A stretch of 63,059 nt of DNA, filler included, from Folioceros fuciformis (GCA_049999805.1; 6 parts of 6 records of this genome joined end to end with filler, not necessarily neighbours in it); one strand, 5' to 3'. Shown: positions 13,547 to 27,690, counted from the first letter of the whole stretch. The notes: generated by a model not told the origin, from the sequence alone. Numbers and translations are program-made.

Positions 13547-13749
13547 GAAAGCAAGAGCTTCTTACATATGCGCTATTTGCAAGTAGGTGCATCCGTTTGG
13601 TAGAAGGGGATGGTGAAGAATATGAACTAAGAGCATGTTACTTTTAAGATAGTCGTGCATGACATGCGCAATCCAAAACGTGCCTTGTCTTAAAAGTGTA
13701 TGTCATTCAAGTTTGTCCAAGGCTTAAACAACAAATTGATCACAATTCT

Positions 13750-14520
13750 ACAGCATAGAATGTTAGCTATCCTCATTGCGCCGCACTAGTGTTGCAACCA
13801 ACGTCTCTAGTAGTGCAAGCTTTCTGTCCTCCCTACTAAACATCTCCACTATCATGTTGTCCATGGACTGAATACCCTTACCCACATAACTGGCCTCGGA
13901 AGCAACAACTGACTTGTTTTATTTCCAACACTAAAAGCTTCCCTACCATTACTTTGTCTATCAGCACTTGCAATGTCAACTTTAGCATCAACATTACTAG
14001 AACTATAACCTCCAACTAGCGGGTTATGCGAATCGGCATATACCGAACAAACTACATGAATGCATGTACTGGTCCACCAAATCAAACCACTGACAAGTCT
14101 CAAACCTGGCATTCCCTGAAGTGACATTGGCTGCTTTGTCCTCTTTGTATTTGTTATAAATGGACTTCCACTTCTGCCAGCATACTTCAACAGGTTTATC
14201 AAAGTTGTAGCATATTGACGAAATTTTGGTTGTCATTTTGCCCCAAATATCAATGGCTGCACATCAAAAAACATAAGCCAAAAGTTACGAAGCCTACAGC
14301 TAGAAGCTTAAAGTTGCATAAATCAAACACAACAGCCTATGATGCTCATCTTGCTTTCTTCCTTTGTCGAACTTAGCATCCAATGAGCCCCTGATATGTA
14401 TCAATTGCACAATATGGTGGACTTTCCACTCTGGATCTTCTTCTTTTTTCCGTAAGGTCAATGTATGTATCTAAAGGTTTGATGCACTCATGGATAGCCT
14501 ACTATGTTTCCTGGCCCGGT
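13750..14520 (-). pseudogene. Myb/SANT-like (trihelix) DNA-binding ORF of the PIF/Harbinger element
   Basis: Minus strand reads EWKVHHIVQLIHIRGSLDAKF, a probable intron, then IDIWGKMTTKI...CWQKWKSIYNKYK...CQWFDLVDQYM. Convergent with the transposase, the standard two-gene Harbinger layout. Confidence 0.75.
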
Positions 14521-16325
14521 TTGAGAAAGGGAGTGTTGTTACATTAATTAATTATTGCAAGTCGCCTAGGTGGAGCTTGCACATATGGAAAGTGGGTCAT
14601 GGGAAAAGGTAAGGGCACGGTAGCATTTGGAGGGGAGACACCAAAAGGTTGTATAGGAGGGGGGGCTGAATACATCATGAGATTTGGGGCTGAAGAAGGG
14701 TGCTAGGGAGTGGACACATAGTTTTGGAAGGACTCGTTGAAGGCTCGACGAAAGGGGTCCAAACCTGCAAGAGCTGACAAATGCAATGAAAATGTGTCGA
14801 GTCAACCATACTGAATACATGCATTGAAAATCTGTTCGGTACCTAACGCAGCCACAGTCGAGTTTGGAGGCTCAAAATTTCTCCATTGTTGGTGAGGGGT
14901 AGGTGTGGCGGAGGAGGCTGTAACAACATAGCTGGAGTGAGAAATACGAGCATACGAAATTTAAACTTGCTAACAATGGCTGCAAGCCAGAAGATGGAAG
15001 CACAATTGCTGGCCATGCCTGGGNNNNNNNNNNGGAAGGTGTCAGGACTGAAGGGTGTTAGGCACCACCAGCCTCGAAGGATAGGTGGGGACCTAATATT
15101 GTCAAACCCAGCCACATTGGCGCCACGGTATTTCCAAGTTAGATTGCGGACAGCGACACCACCGGTGCATGTAAAACGCATTATGGTTGTCTAGCCAATG
15201 GCTATCTTGCATGAGGCCATCGCCGATCTAATGGAAAACCACCCTTAGCTCACATGGATTCACCATGACCACTCGCAAGCAGTCAGGATTTACGGTCTCC
15301 CCATCTGTGCAAGTGCAAAACCTTGAGGTGAGGCCGACTACCTAGTGCATCCTATCGTCTACCCTACGTCCCTTACTAGGCTACCAGTTTATGCTTCATA
15401 CAATAATTGATATGCGACTAGGGTGCCCGTCTGCTGCCATTTGGACACATATGTGGTCACACTGGCTTTCCATCAACACCTTTGTGGATGCCCTTCAACT
15501 GGCCCTTAGTGCTCCTTGCGGTCCTGTCCACACCAAGCCTCCAAGGGAAGAGACGCATGCAAGCAGGGTCGCATGTATGTTTCATTTTACTGGCATAACG
15601 GATGGGTGGTTTAATAGGCTAACTGCTCATGCACAAGCAAAGATTTATTAATATATATTACTTAACATATTATGTACATATCTTTGTTGAACTCCAGAGG
15701 ATAAAGCTCGCCTAAGCAAACATACAAGCCCAAGTGTCTCAAATAAGCCTTGGTTAATGTAACAAGCTCAGACATCGAGATGGGTAGTCCACCAACAAGC
15801 TTGTAGAAGCCCAAGTGTCTCAAATAAGCCTTGGTTCATGTAACAAGCTCAGNNNNNNNNNNGAAGCCCAAGTGTCTCAAATAAGCCTTGGTTCATGTAA
15901 CAAGCTCAGTCATCGAGATGGGTAGTCCACCAACAAGCTTGTAGACGATTACAAACCTTGTGCTTGTGACACGCATAGGAAGTGAGCACGGGAGCTTCCC
16001 TTCTCCGGATGAACATGCAGCATGTTGAGTCTGAGTTTGTTGTTTGTTGTCACTATGGAATACTGATACGGACATACGATCCTCGTTAGGTTTTTTTTCA
16101 TTTTCAACCGTATGCTTTACGCTATATGGCATTCATCCATGTACATATGGATTATAGGGCTCCGCGTCACATTACGAGCTGCCATACGATACAAAGCTTT
16201 TTTTTCTTTTGTCATCGTCACTATTGGACCGATCAAGAACCCACAAGAATCTTCTTTGGGTTTGTACTTTCTTTCTTTGTCATTTCCAATGTTTCCACCA
16301 TGAGCTTAGTTGTGGGCAAAGTGAA

Positions 16326-16615
16326 CCGCAATTTTGGCAAATTCAATATAGCTGGAGGAAATTTTGGCAAATTCAATATAGCTAGAGGAAATTGTAAAAC
16401 ACTATGAACACCGAACCCAGCCTGTGTACACATTCATGGAATGAGGCCCCAACTTTGAGATTGAAGGGAATTGCAAATCTCAAGCAAGCCTTTGTACGCA
16501 TTCATGGACTAAGGCCCCAACTTTTAGATGGAAGGGAATTGCAAATCCCAAGCAAGCCTATGTACGCATCAGTAGGCTGAGTCCTCAACTCTGAGATTGA
16601 AGGGAATTGCAAAGC
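16326..16615. repeat. Short tandem repeats (27-bp x2; about 59-bp x3)
   Basis: aattttggcaaattcaatatagct occurs twice; caact..gagattgaagggaattgcaaa occurs three times. Confidence 0.7.
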
Positions 16616-18329
16616 CTTCCTACACGAGGCGCCTATGCCTTTTCATGCTATAGAACCCTAAAATCCTCAAACAAGGGTGAGCAATTCTAGATTGAAATCT
16701 GAGCAATTATAAATAAAATCTTGAACAAATACAGTTCCTCCACTGTACTTTTTGTGTTAATGCATAAGATAGGTATAGAGGGCACACCCTAACCCTAAAC
16801 CATACAGGACAGCGCCCACTACCAAAACGGTCATGCCCATTAGCTTCATAATACAAAACCGTATGCTATACAGTATCGATATTCTATATGTCACCCTAAT
16901 AACGAGGATATATCATACACCGCATGGCCTGCTAGTCAAACATTTCAGGTCCGTGGGGAAGGACCGCATGGGTTGCGCGTCAGACATTTCAGGTCCGTGG
17001 GGAAGCAGAAAGAAGGTTTGAATTACGCAGTTTCCCACACGGAGATGACGTGTGCGACTCACCCAGATTTCGAGGACAGCCAGCGGATCAAAGTGAGAGG
17101 GCCAGTCCTGATCCGTGACGGTCGGAGGTGTGCCTGCCAAGAGACGCGTGATTCCTGCGAGTTTTTGGTATGACTGGACACCTACTTCCCAGGACTAGGA
17201 ATGCGGTTATCTCAGCACATGTCCCGTCCTGCAGCCCCATCGTCATGCAGGACAACAGTGTTCAAGCACGGCGTCTCCTCACCAGTGGACTGTCCAGTGG
17301 GATATTTCAAAATTGGATGCTCGAGAATGCAAACAAATCTGAGTGAGTGGACGGCGTGGGTGAGGTCGGGACTCGGGAGCTCGCGTGGAGATGAGATGGC
17401 AGGAGGAAGACCACCACGCCTGACGTTGTTTCTACCCGAGGAACAGAGATGAAAGGGTTCCGGATCTGTGTCAGTGAGGTGGGTGAAACGTCGGCGACGT
17501 CTCCCAGTTTCACCTTCCGATGAGAAATTGGGAAGGAACCATTCTGCAANNNNNNNNNNNNNNNNNNNNNNNNNNNNNNNNNNNNNNNNNNNNNNNNNNN
17601 NNNNNNNNNNNNNNNNNNNNNNNNNNNNNNNNNNNNNNNNNNNNNNNNNCTGCCACTGCTGCTGCGAAGCAGCATGACGGCAGAACGGTAAGTTCCCCAG
17701 CCGCACCAAGAAGGGTAATAAGCCGGCAAACGAAAAGGGTGCGTACGACCAAGAGCCACCCGACCCGTAAAGTGGGCTGGGCTGACTTTATATAAGTGCT
17801 GCCATGACTAATTCTGGGATATGTATATACGTACATACATATATACATACACACGTACATTCTTGAAGTGCTGTCATGATTAATTCTCAGGTACAGCTCC
17901 GGGCATGCCGCCTCTGACAGGGTGTAAACACTCCAATCGGACCACATCATCGGAGAGGAGACCGACTGCAGTTGCATGCACACAGAATTCATCGTGTCAC
18001 TGGCGAGGAGTTGCTAGGCTGGTGATCACAGCCCGCATCGGATCGTGTTGGTGTGTGCTCAACCCACTCCGCATCAGTCCGTTTATTGGCACACACGACA
18101 TCAAGTCTCACCAGGTGCTGGCCCGGCTTTCAAGTCTGTTACTGACGGCATGGGATGCACGCCGGCATATCCGAGTTATGATTCGAGACACGAATCTGTT
18201 TGGACAGGAAAAGCTTCCATGCTACCCTGTTTATATTGGATGATGAATTGTTCCTACGGTAGAATAGAGTTTCTGATGACTTAACAGCTGTCAATGTACA
18301 GGGGACTCTGAGGCACAACAAGCCCACAC

Positions 18330-20752
18330 TCACTGCGAATCTGCGTCCGCCTCGGCGCCCAGTGCCACCATTGAGCCCTGGCCTGTCGACCCGAAGGATG
18401 TGCTACTACTTGCAGCAGCCTCGGCTCTCTCGGCCAGCCCCTTCACCCTGCGCACACCACCGGACAAAAGCTCCTCCTCTTTCGCTCCTGCAAGTCGTCT
18501 GGAGATCTCTGGAAGCCGGTCTTGCAAGATCAACAACTGACCAGGTCTAGGCCGTCGCCTCAATCGTGATGCAGGAGGTGTTTTTCCTCCGGAGCCAAAG
18601 AATCCACCCATCTCATCGTCCGAAGCCTCAAAGGTCTCTGCTGCAGCTACAGCTGCCATGGCAGCTGCCACCTCCTTCTCCCGCTCGTTGACGGCAAGCT
18701 GCATCTGCTCCCGAATCAGCTCGTACCGCTTCATCACCTCCTGCCGTTTCGTAGAGAAGGAGCTTGGGAAAAATCCAGGGAAGTAGCGCTGGATGAAGGA
18801 GAACACCAGAACATGGCCCACTGGGGTGAGCGGAGCAATGAGGATGATGGTGAAAGGAACCATGGTGAGAACATCTCTTGCTGTGCGTCGAACAGTTTGC
18901 ACTTCTCTAGGCTTCAGAGTAGTTCCTGTCACAGCTGCCCAGAAAAGGCGGCCAGCATACGATAGGTCTCCACCAAGAAGCCGAAGTCCTCGCCAGTAGA
19001 AGGATGCCCCTTCGCTGAACTTCAATCGAGCCTCCGCTATGGAGAGCTGCATACGCTGAGCAAAGGGTATGGATGGTTCCTCCACAATGCCCAGCCTATT
19101 CTTAAGGTCCAGTATGTCAGCCACTAGATCCTCCAGCTCTTCATCCTGAATCATTCCAGCCTGGCTGCTGTCGATAGCAAGCCGAAGCTTGGACAGATCC
19201 GCATCCAGGAGACCAAACTCTGCCACCAGCAGGCTCTCCTCCTCGTCAGTCCGCACGTCATCCGAAATCTGCATGACATCTTCCTCGAGATACATGTATA
19301 TGAGCAGCATCTCCAGTTGCAGAGTCCTGACAGCCAGTATCTTCCTCAGCTCATTCACCTCGTCATCTAAGCCCCGAATCTCCACAGCAACCCGAGTGCG
19401 CTGCAGCACATTCTTCTGCCTCAACCTAGATTCCCTGCCCCTGCTGGCATCTCCAAGCTTCTTGTCCAGCGCCTCCACCTGCAAGATGAGCCCAAGCTTC
19501 TTCTCCTCCAGCTGCGGCCTCAAAGGAGGAGGCCTAGGCAACTTGGCGGTTATAGGCTCGGAGGAAGTCGCGGTGGGACGTCCATTCAACCGGTTCCACG
19601 TCTCCCCTAAAGCCTGGTAGAGCTGCTGACCTGATTTCTGAATGGAAAGCAAATCCACACTGGGAGTCTCACCCTCGCGTTTGATAAAGGCAACGTTCGC
19701 AATGCGCTTGATCAAGCGATCCACCACGGCACTGGTGTCCGGAAGGTTCTCCAGCCGCCGCAACATTTTAGCCTGCACGTTCACATTCTCCTCCCGCTCC
19801 CTCTCCTGCTCCTCAGCTATCATCCGCAGCGCCTTCTCCCGTTCCTCCTCCGACAGGGAATCCTCCACCCTGTCCGCCAATGCATCCAAGCTTCCCCTAA
19901 TCTTCATCACCGTCTCCACAACAACCGCCTCCGCAGCTGCGTCGTCCTCGAACACCATATCCAGCAGCCCGTCCACGCTCCGCAGATCCCTTTGCAACGC
20001 CACCCCGAGATCTCTGATGTCCTCTACGTAATCCANNNNNNNNNNNNNNNNNNNNNNNNNNNNNNNNNNNNNNNNNNNNNNNNNNNNNNNNNNNNNNNNN
20101 NNNNNNNNNNNNNNNNNNNNNNNNNNNNNNNNNNNCCCTTGTTCTTCACCACGTCCTTGTCCACCGAATCCTCCGGCGAGATAACCCTAGGTATCGGGCT
20201 GCTCAGAACCCTCTCGGAATTGATGACATCCCTGTACAGTCTCCTGAGCAGCACCAGCACCTCCAACCTCTGCAGCCGAAACTTGGTCTCCCGCGCCACA
20301 TCGTCCTCTCCCTCGAACTCCGCAGGCACCACCTCCGCCTCCTTGGCCACCGCGCTCCCATTCCTAACCGAGCACCACTCCACCTGCTCCCAAGAAACCC
20401 CAACCCGTCTCCGCGGCCGAGCCGTTCCAGGCAGAGGATACACCGACGCAGCCGAGGACAGAGCGGCAGCCCCGGCACCGCCTCCGCCTCCGCTCCCGCA
20501 GGCCGCAATCTGTACAAGGTGAGCAACGCAGTCTCGCTGCGAAACGGCTGCAGGGGCAGGGCGGGCGCGGCAGAGGCATCCGGCACCCGCAGCAGGGCCG
20601 GAGAAGAAGAGCACCAGGTGAGGAGGAGGGAATGCCAGCACTCCCTCTCGGCATGCCATCCCGATCGACCTACTGCTGCTGCAACTGTTGGTCCTGCGAT
20701 CACACAAAGCAGAGACACACGGCATGAGAGCCGACAGCAGTGACACTGCCAT
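18330..20752 (-). CDS. LETM1-like protein (probably plastid-targeted; coiled-coil region plus C-terminal LETM1 domain)
   Basis: ORF 20752-20136 (Ser/Ala/Arg-rich transit-peptide-like start) runs into a ~100-N gap, then an open frame resumes at 20036 ([14 protein letters not shown]...) to the stop at 18330. LETM1 motif [52 protein letters not shown]. Confidence 0.85.
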
Positions 20753-21962
20753 GCCACTCCGCCACTACCTCGGCTAATCCTCGTCGTGAGCTCCGCCCGA
20801 TTCCATCAAAGTCCATGGATCCCCGACACAGTGCTGTGATGAGACCTAGGCTCCTACAGCGCAGCTAGAGGGGCAAGAAGACGCAGGAGGAGATGCTGAA
20901 GGCAGGAGGCCAAGGAATGATGCTGCAATGCGTGTGGATTCCAAGTCCATCTCCACACCCCACCAGTGCAGGAAGTCCCAGGCAAGGCAAGGCAAGGCAA
21001 GCCTGGTTAGCTGTCTGGCACGCAAGCAACCAGATTGGCCCGGGGAGACCGGGCCTGCCGGACAAATGTCACGTCCTCTGTCTCCTCACCTTTATCTTTG
21101 CCAAAACATGCCGTTCACGCACACACTTATTCTGACATACTCATACCTCGCATCATACATTTATAAAAATACCCACATCCTCACGACGTAGCTAGACTAG
21201 GTATACATGTATAAATACAGATACGGATAACCTCCATATCGTGTTCTGTGCATTATATAGGAATATGCATCGGAATCTACGATCTTTAGAGGTCTTGTAC
21301 AGTTTGAACTACATGATATATATATGTTGAAAAAAGAAATGAAAAATTTTATTGGAGGAACAATGTTGGACAAAGGCCAAAAGAGTACTAGTCCTCAATA
21401 AATATTTGGGTTGCACCCAAAATCTTGCGATGCCAAATAACAATAACAAAAGGCCTACCTACAACACAAAATGCCCCTTGACCTACTTGTTGAGGAAGTT
21501 GAATCAGGTTTGTTAATGTTGTAAGAGGGACAAGGTTTGCTAAGGAGTTTGTCAATGTTGTAAGAGGGACAAGGTTTGTTAAGGGGTTTGTCAATGTTGT
21601 AAGAGGGACAAGGTTGCTAAGAGGTTTACAAACCTACTCTGATGAGGCATCCTAGAAACTTCATGCAAAGGAATCCAACTACACACTAACAAGGGCATTG
21701 TAGTGGGTGCACAATTGGGGATATACTTCATGTCAAGAATGTTGAGAAGGCACGACCAGCAAGAGATGTGAGGGGGAGCCGAGGTGCTACAAGGAGGCAA
21801 GGTGAAACAAGTGCACATGCAACAAGGCATTGTTGAAGAGGATGTGGTGGGGGTAGATGGTGNNNNNNNNNNNNNNNNNNNNNNNNNNNNNNNNNNNNNN
21901 NNNNNNTTAATTAATTAANNNNNNNNNNNNNNNNNNNNNNNNNNNNNNNNNNNNNNNNNNNN

Positions 21963-24545
21963 ACACTGAAGAAGAGAACGCAAATGTTCCATACCCTGCA
22001 TTCAGTTATGACAGCAGTGATGGTGTTGAAGTCTCGCATTTTGATCAGACTAGTGAGCAAGCAAATGACACTGTAGAAGTTGATGCGGAGGATGATGTCC
22101 TTTCTTTGGATACTGATGATGGTGAAGTCGAGTTACCTGAACATGCTGATGTTGAGATGGTGGATCAGGATGTTACAGATGTACAAGAACCAGTTCCAGA
22201 TGCACCAACACATAGATATAGCTTGCGGGAAAGGAACAAACCCTGGAAGGATCCTCCGCTGGAAATGGAGGACTGGCGTCCCAATAAATCCAAGTCTAAG
22301 ACAAAGAATGCTAAGAGTGGATCAGGGAGTGCATCAGCTACCTCGATTGACACTCCAGTGGGGGCACAGGCTGTAGAGGGTGTGTCAGCTGGTGCTACAG
22401 AGACGTTGGAAGATGTACCAGCTTCAAGTGCATATGTCCAAGCTATGGTGGCAGCTAGTTCGGATCCTTTGGAGCCTGTCACTCTAACACAAGCTTTCAC
22501 AGGGTCAGAGGCGAAGTATTGGAAGAAGGTTGTGGATGATGAATATGCATCTATAGTCAAGAATGGTACCTGGTCACTTGTAGAACTCCCAAAAGGCAGA
22601 AAACCCGTCTTTTGCAAATGGGTCTTTAAGCTCAAGAAGAAGGCTGATGGCAGCATTGAGCGAAATAAAGCACGGTTAGTTGCCCGGGGTTTTTCACAAG
22701 TACCAGGAGTAGACTTTACCGAGACATTTGCTCCGGTTGTAAAATTTACAACTCTTAGGATGGTGTTAGCTCTGGCAGCTCATCTGGATTTAGATCTGGA
22801 GCAAATGGACGTGAAGACCGCTTTCCTACATGGTGAGCTTGAAGAGGAGATCTATATGCAACAGCCAGAGGGTTATGAGCAACCAGGAAAGGAACATTTA
22901 GTATGCAAGTTGAACAAAACGTTGTACGGGCTCAAGCAAAGTCCTAGGGCATGGAATCAGCGTATAGATGCATACCTGAAGAAGCTAGGCTTCAAACAAG
23001 GAAGAGCTGATCATGGGTTATACATGCTAACAGAGGATGATATGTTTCTTATCTTGTTGTTGTATGTGGATGATCTTGTCTTGGCTGCCACTAAGGGAAG
23101 ACGGAGTCTGATGCGTAAAGTCAAGGAATTGCTGAAGCGTGAGTTTGAAATGACTGAACTTGGAGACTTAACTTGGTGCCTGGGCATAGAGATAGCAAGG
23201 GACAGAATAGTTAGAAAGCTGACGATTTGTCAGCGTAAATATATCAAGGACAGCTTGAAAAGGTTTAACCTGGCTGAAGCAAATGGGTGTGCAACACCGC
23301 TTGCTGTTGGTCTGAAGTTAACCAGAGTTCTGGAGCCCCTGACACCTGAGGAGGTGAAGGAAATGTCCCGGACTCCTTACAGACATGCAATTGGCACGTT
23401 AATTTACCTTGCAAATGTAACAAGGCCAGACATTGCATTCTCTGTCAGCATGGAGTCACTGTTTCTCGACAACCCACATCCTGAACATTGGAGCCAAGTT
23501 AAGCGTACATTCAGATATCTGAAGCAAACACCAACTCACGGAATAACATATGTAGGCATGGAAGAGAGTAAACTTACTCTGGAAGGCTTTTGTGATTCAG
23601 ACTGGGCCTCGGACCTGAGCAACAGGAAGTCACTGTCAGCATTTGTGTACACGTTAGAAGGAGGGCCTGTTTCCTGGTCAAGCAAGAAACAGGCAACAGT
23701 GTCTACTTCTAGTACCGAGGCCGAATACAAAGCTCTGATAGTAGCAGCAAAGGAAGCGATCTGGCTAAGACGGAACTTATCTGATGTTGGGATGGCCCAG
23801 AAGGAGGCAACATTGGTGCACTGTGACAACCAGGGTGCAATTGCGCTTACAAAGAACCCAGTGTTCCACTAAAAAACAAAGCATATAGAAATCCATCACC
23901 ACTTCATTAGGGAAGTAGTAGCAGATGGACAGATTGCTGTGACCTACATTGCTACATCAGAGAACCCAGCTGATCTTCTAACTAAGGCCCTGTCTAGAGA
24001 GCTGCATACCAAACATGCAAATAGACTAGGGCTTACAGCTTGTGACAGTTGAAGACGCGCAACTAGCTGCAAGCCACTGAACATTAGTCACTCAGCAAAG
24101 TCTCGGCAGAGTAGAAGTTGTGGCACACTCCCAGACAAGACTCAGCATCCATTCCAACTCACAGTAGGTAGTATCCAGTCTTTCTGCAGATGTATGATGG
24201 GGGCGCCCAGTTTGTGCCCTTGCAGACGAGCATACATCCATGCTTGGAACCTACGGGCGAGAGTCGCCGTTGAGATAAGCTCAGGACCTGTGACGTCGAA
24301 AAGGAGAGTGTTGCCTCAGCCTTGATAGTCTCCGGGAGTAATGCTGCATGGACAAGGTGCGGCGGCGCGCAGTTGTGTTGAAGAGTGTCGTCCCTGGCAA
24401 CCTTGAGCTCTACGATTAGGGTGTCGAACCTGGCAGTGACCCAGACGAGTGTGGCGATCAGTTGCTCCAGCAGCCGCCGAAGGACTGTCAGCAGTCGGAG
24501 AGTAAGCGCAATGGAGAATTAGGGCGTAAGCTCAAGTGGGGGTGT
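21963..24545 (+). mobile_element. Ty1/Copia retrotransposon pol 3' half (RT plus RNase H), nearly intact
   Basis: ORF 22106-23872: KARLVARGFSQ, QMDVKTAFLHG, LYGLKQSPRAW, LYVDDL, FCDSDWA, STEAEY. A single TAA at 23870 is followed by in-frame KTKHIEIHHHFIRE...ADLLTKAL to 24052. PPT-like aagtggggg near 24535. Confidence 0.95.
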
Positions 24546-24547
24546 TT

Positions 24548-25010
24548 AGGGTGTTGGAAGACAAGAGGGTACAGCTTATCAAAGTTCACACCAGTCAGAA
24601 CCCTACAGATGTTTTTACCAAGGGGCTCTCTATGGAGCAATTCGCACAAGCTCGGACACTTATGGGCATGAGGTAGACCACTCTCCTATAAAGGTAAATT
24701 GGCCTTTAAGTGGGAGGTTGTAGGGTTATTAAAGCCCAATGTGCTTAGACTAATGTGTTTAGTCTAAGATTAGTGTCTAGTTAAGTATCATTAGTTTAGT
24801 TTAGCTTAAGCTAATATGTAGGAAGCTTCTTGTGCAGCTTCCTGTGGGCTTCTTGTGAAGCTTCCTAGGGAGCTCCTCTAGAGGGTATAAATACCCCCTT
24901 GAGCTCCCTTGTATTGTGAGACTCAATGTGAGAGTGTGACCTCTCTTTCTCCTCTCATCCTTGCCTTTTTCTCTCCTCTCCTTCACCATGCTCCTCTATC
25001 GATCCTTTCA
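24548..25010 (+). mobile_element. Second Copia 3' end: RNase H tail, PPT and LTR
   Basis: VLEDKRVQLIKVHTSQNPTDVFTKGL...LMGM, then PPT aagtgggagg, then an LTR starting tgtagggttattaaagccc at 24719 with gggtataaata. The same LTR recurs at 50651. Confidence 0.75.
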
Positions 25011-25340
25011 CACTTGAGCCTAGTCAGATGCACCAACTTTGCACCTTGCCCACCCATGCTTGCGCTTGTGTCCTTCTTTCCCCTAGCACCTGCCTCCTCT
25101 TGTAGAGGGGGAAGATGTCCTTCCCCCCTACCTCTTCCACAGGCAGGTGTGTAGGTGCGCCACCATTCCCCTCAAACAGCACAATGGCGAGGTTGTCGGC
25201 GCGCTCACCATCGGCCACAACCTCGCCATCACTTGCAGCAGCGCTGAGGGCTATGAGGGTGCCCCCCACCCTTCATGTTGTAGCCTCTGCCATCCCCTCC
25301 TTCGGGCGGCCACGGTCCCCTTCGTACCAAACACGCACAC

Positions 25341-25560
25341 TTGCTTGCTCTCTTGGCCTGCACCAAACACGCCTGCTTGCTTGCTCTCTTGGCCTGCACC
25401 AAAGACGCCCGCTCGCTTGTTCTCTTGGCCTGCACCAAAGATGTCCGCTCACCTGCTCCCTTGGCCTGCACCAAAGACGCCCACTCGCCTGCTCTCTTGG
25501 CCTACACCAAAGACGCTCACTCGCCTGCTCTCTTGGCCTGCACCAAAGACGCTCGGTCAC
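25341..25560. repeat. 36-bp tandem repeat, about 6 copies
   Basis: Unit approximately ctcgcctgctctcttggcctgcaccaaagacgccca. Confidence 0.9.
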
Positions 25561-26559
25561 TTGCTCCTTTCATTTCTGCCCTGCACCTTGCCAAGCATGC
25601 ACACCTGGCCACGCTACCCTCCAAACCTGAATGTTGCGCTCCCACTCCACTTTGAGGGGCCGTGAATATGACTGACGTCTTGGTTGTACACTATTGACTT
25701 CTGTACTGCATGTACTTTGTGCCCACGCGAATCCGCAAGCTTTGCACCCTTTGCAGTTCCTACTGCACAGTGCCCATCGCATGCACCTCTCACTGCGGAC
25801 AACTGTAAGCTCGCCACCCGAATGCCACCCCTGCATCCACATCCATACAAATGATGATCCATTCTACATGCGACAATTGCATTTTCAGCCCACCATTTTC
25901 CCGTCTCCTGAAAATGTTCACCACTCATCTGGTACTCTGCCAACCTCATTTGGGGCATTGCATTGCAACTCCGTAGTGGAAGCCATTGATTTTTGAAGGT
26001 GCACACTTCTGCATGGCTGACCTCCATCCTGCACACCTCACCACCCCTCCACAACCTCTCCCTCCTGCTATTCGTTTGGGGAATTCTCCCATCCAAGCGT
26101 ACACCATACCTTCGCTCACGGCTGCCTCATAGCTTTTAGTAGCCCGTGCACGTTACTCACGTCATTCCATATGGGCACCTTCTGCGTGCCTTCCCAACCC
26201 TTTCACCCACTTCCAACCTTCACTCCCCTCACAAAGCTTGTGGGTACGTGTATGTGGTGACAGCAATGGTCCAGATGAATGTAATTGCCACAACCGCGGA
26301 GGGTGGGATGGTAGCGATGACAACCAGTATGCACGCCACAACAACACCCCCAAACATAACCCATCTCTTGTTCCAATTGCAAGGCGGGTGGCATGCCCAA
26401 AGGTTTGGCATAGCAGTCCGTGGTCTTCCCACAAAACATTTGTTTCTAGGGAAGAAGTGTCCCCCACCCTCGTCCTCCATGCACACAGCATGTCGTAGGA
26501 CCACATCTGCCTTCTAGTTGTCGCATGGGTTCCTCACAGTAATTACCACCTACACCCTT

Positions 26560-27110
26560 CTCCCTATTGCGCACCTGACGACGTCCATCGCATTGCTGCT
26601 GGCCTCCTAAGCGACAAACTCGATTGCCTCCATGCCGAATATTTGGCTTGCTATAGAGAACGCTGTTGCCCATACCCAACAACTGCTGTCCAAGAGCAAA
26701 ACGCGTACTCGGAACGTCAATGTCCTCCCTTACCAGCTCTCGCACTTTTTACACCACGCCGTGTCCCCAGCCGTGGGGCAAACATTGCACTTGTGGTACA
26801 CCAAGAATTTGGATGTATCAATGGCAGCGACAATTGCTCCCACTTCAATAGGCCCATCTGATGCATTGCATTCATCCACTACGCGTTGCACTCGATGCAG
26901 CGACCAACACTGCAGTGTCCGACCTTCCTCTACTTTACACATGCTTACGGCGACTGGCACTACAAGTTGCCACGCTTGTCGATCGCGACACCCTGCGCAC
27001 AATATGCTCAGCCACGATGGCTTCCTTCCTGTCGTCCATTGGCCAGCACCGGGAGGGTTTTCTAAACAATGACGGGCAACATTTGTAGAGCCCACGGATG
27101 AAACATCCAC
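26560..27110 (-). pseudogene. RPA1-like C-terminal OB-fold/Zn-ribbon remnant, possibly Helitron-borne
   Basis: VGAIVAAIDTSKFLVYHKCNVC...AWCKKC, then after a frameshift ...STRFALGQQLLGMG. This resembles RPA70 DBD-C (YxxCxxC...CxxC...GEQLLGM). Confidence 0.45.
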
Positions 27111-27546
27111 CTCTCCGGTTTTTGAAATTCACGGGGTTCACGCATGTGACCCCTTCCGTGTACACCTCCAAACCCCAGTACTCCGCCCTATCACCCAAAT
27201 ACACCATACCCCAATTGACTGCCAGCAAGAGGGATAATTTTAGTGCCCTTCATATTGCCTATACTAGCCACATATTATATTGCTTGCCATTTATATAGTG
27301 TATGCTCCATCCCCGTTTTTGTGGTTCCTGAGAATTCTTCAATAGTACCCTTTCCTCCCACAAATGCCACCAGTACCACATCCTCAAGTTTTCACATATA
27401 GGTATATAGACATATAGCTACATAAATATATAAATATCTATATAAGATTTTACAATAGGCGTGCTCATGGCTACATATATAGCATGGAAGTCAAGCAATT
27501 GCTTGGCATGCATTGCTACATATGTGATAATGTACATCATTCAACT

Positions 27547-27690
27547 TTGGTAGGAACAGATTCCGCCTTCATGGCCTCGATCCAGCGTGGAACACATGAT
27601 GACTCTCATAGTGACTTGGTAGGAACAGACTCCGCCTTCGTGGCCTCGATCCAGCGTGGAACACATGATGACTCTCATAGTGACTTGGTG
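27547..27690. repeat. 69-bp tandem duplication
   Basis: tggtaggaacaga..cgccttc..ggcctcgatccagcgtggaacacatgatgactctcatagtgact occurs at 27547 and 27616. Confidence 0.9.

Larger units (their letters stand above)
12265..14520. mobile_element. PIF/Harbinger DNA transposon (TIRs not located)
   Basis: Transposase plus Myb-like gene pair. Confidence 0.8.
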
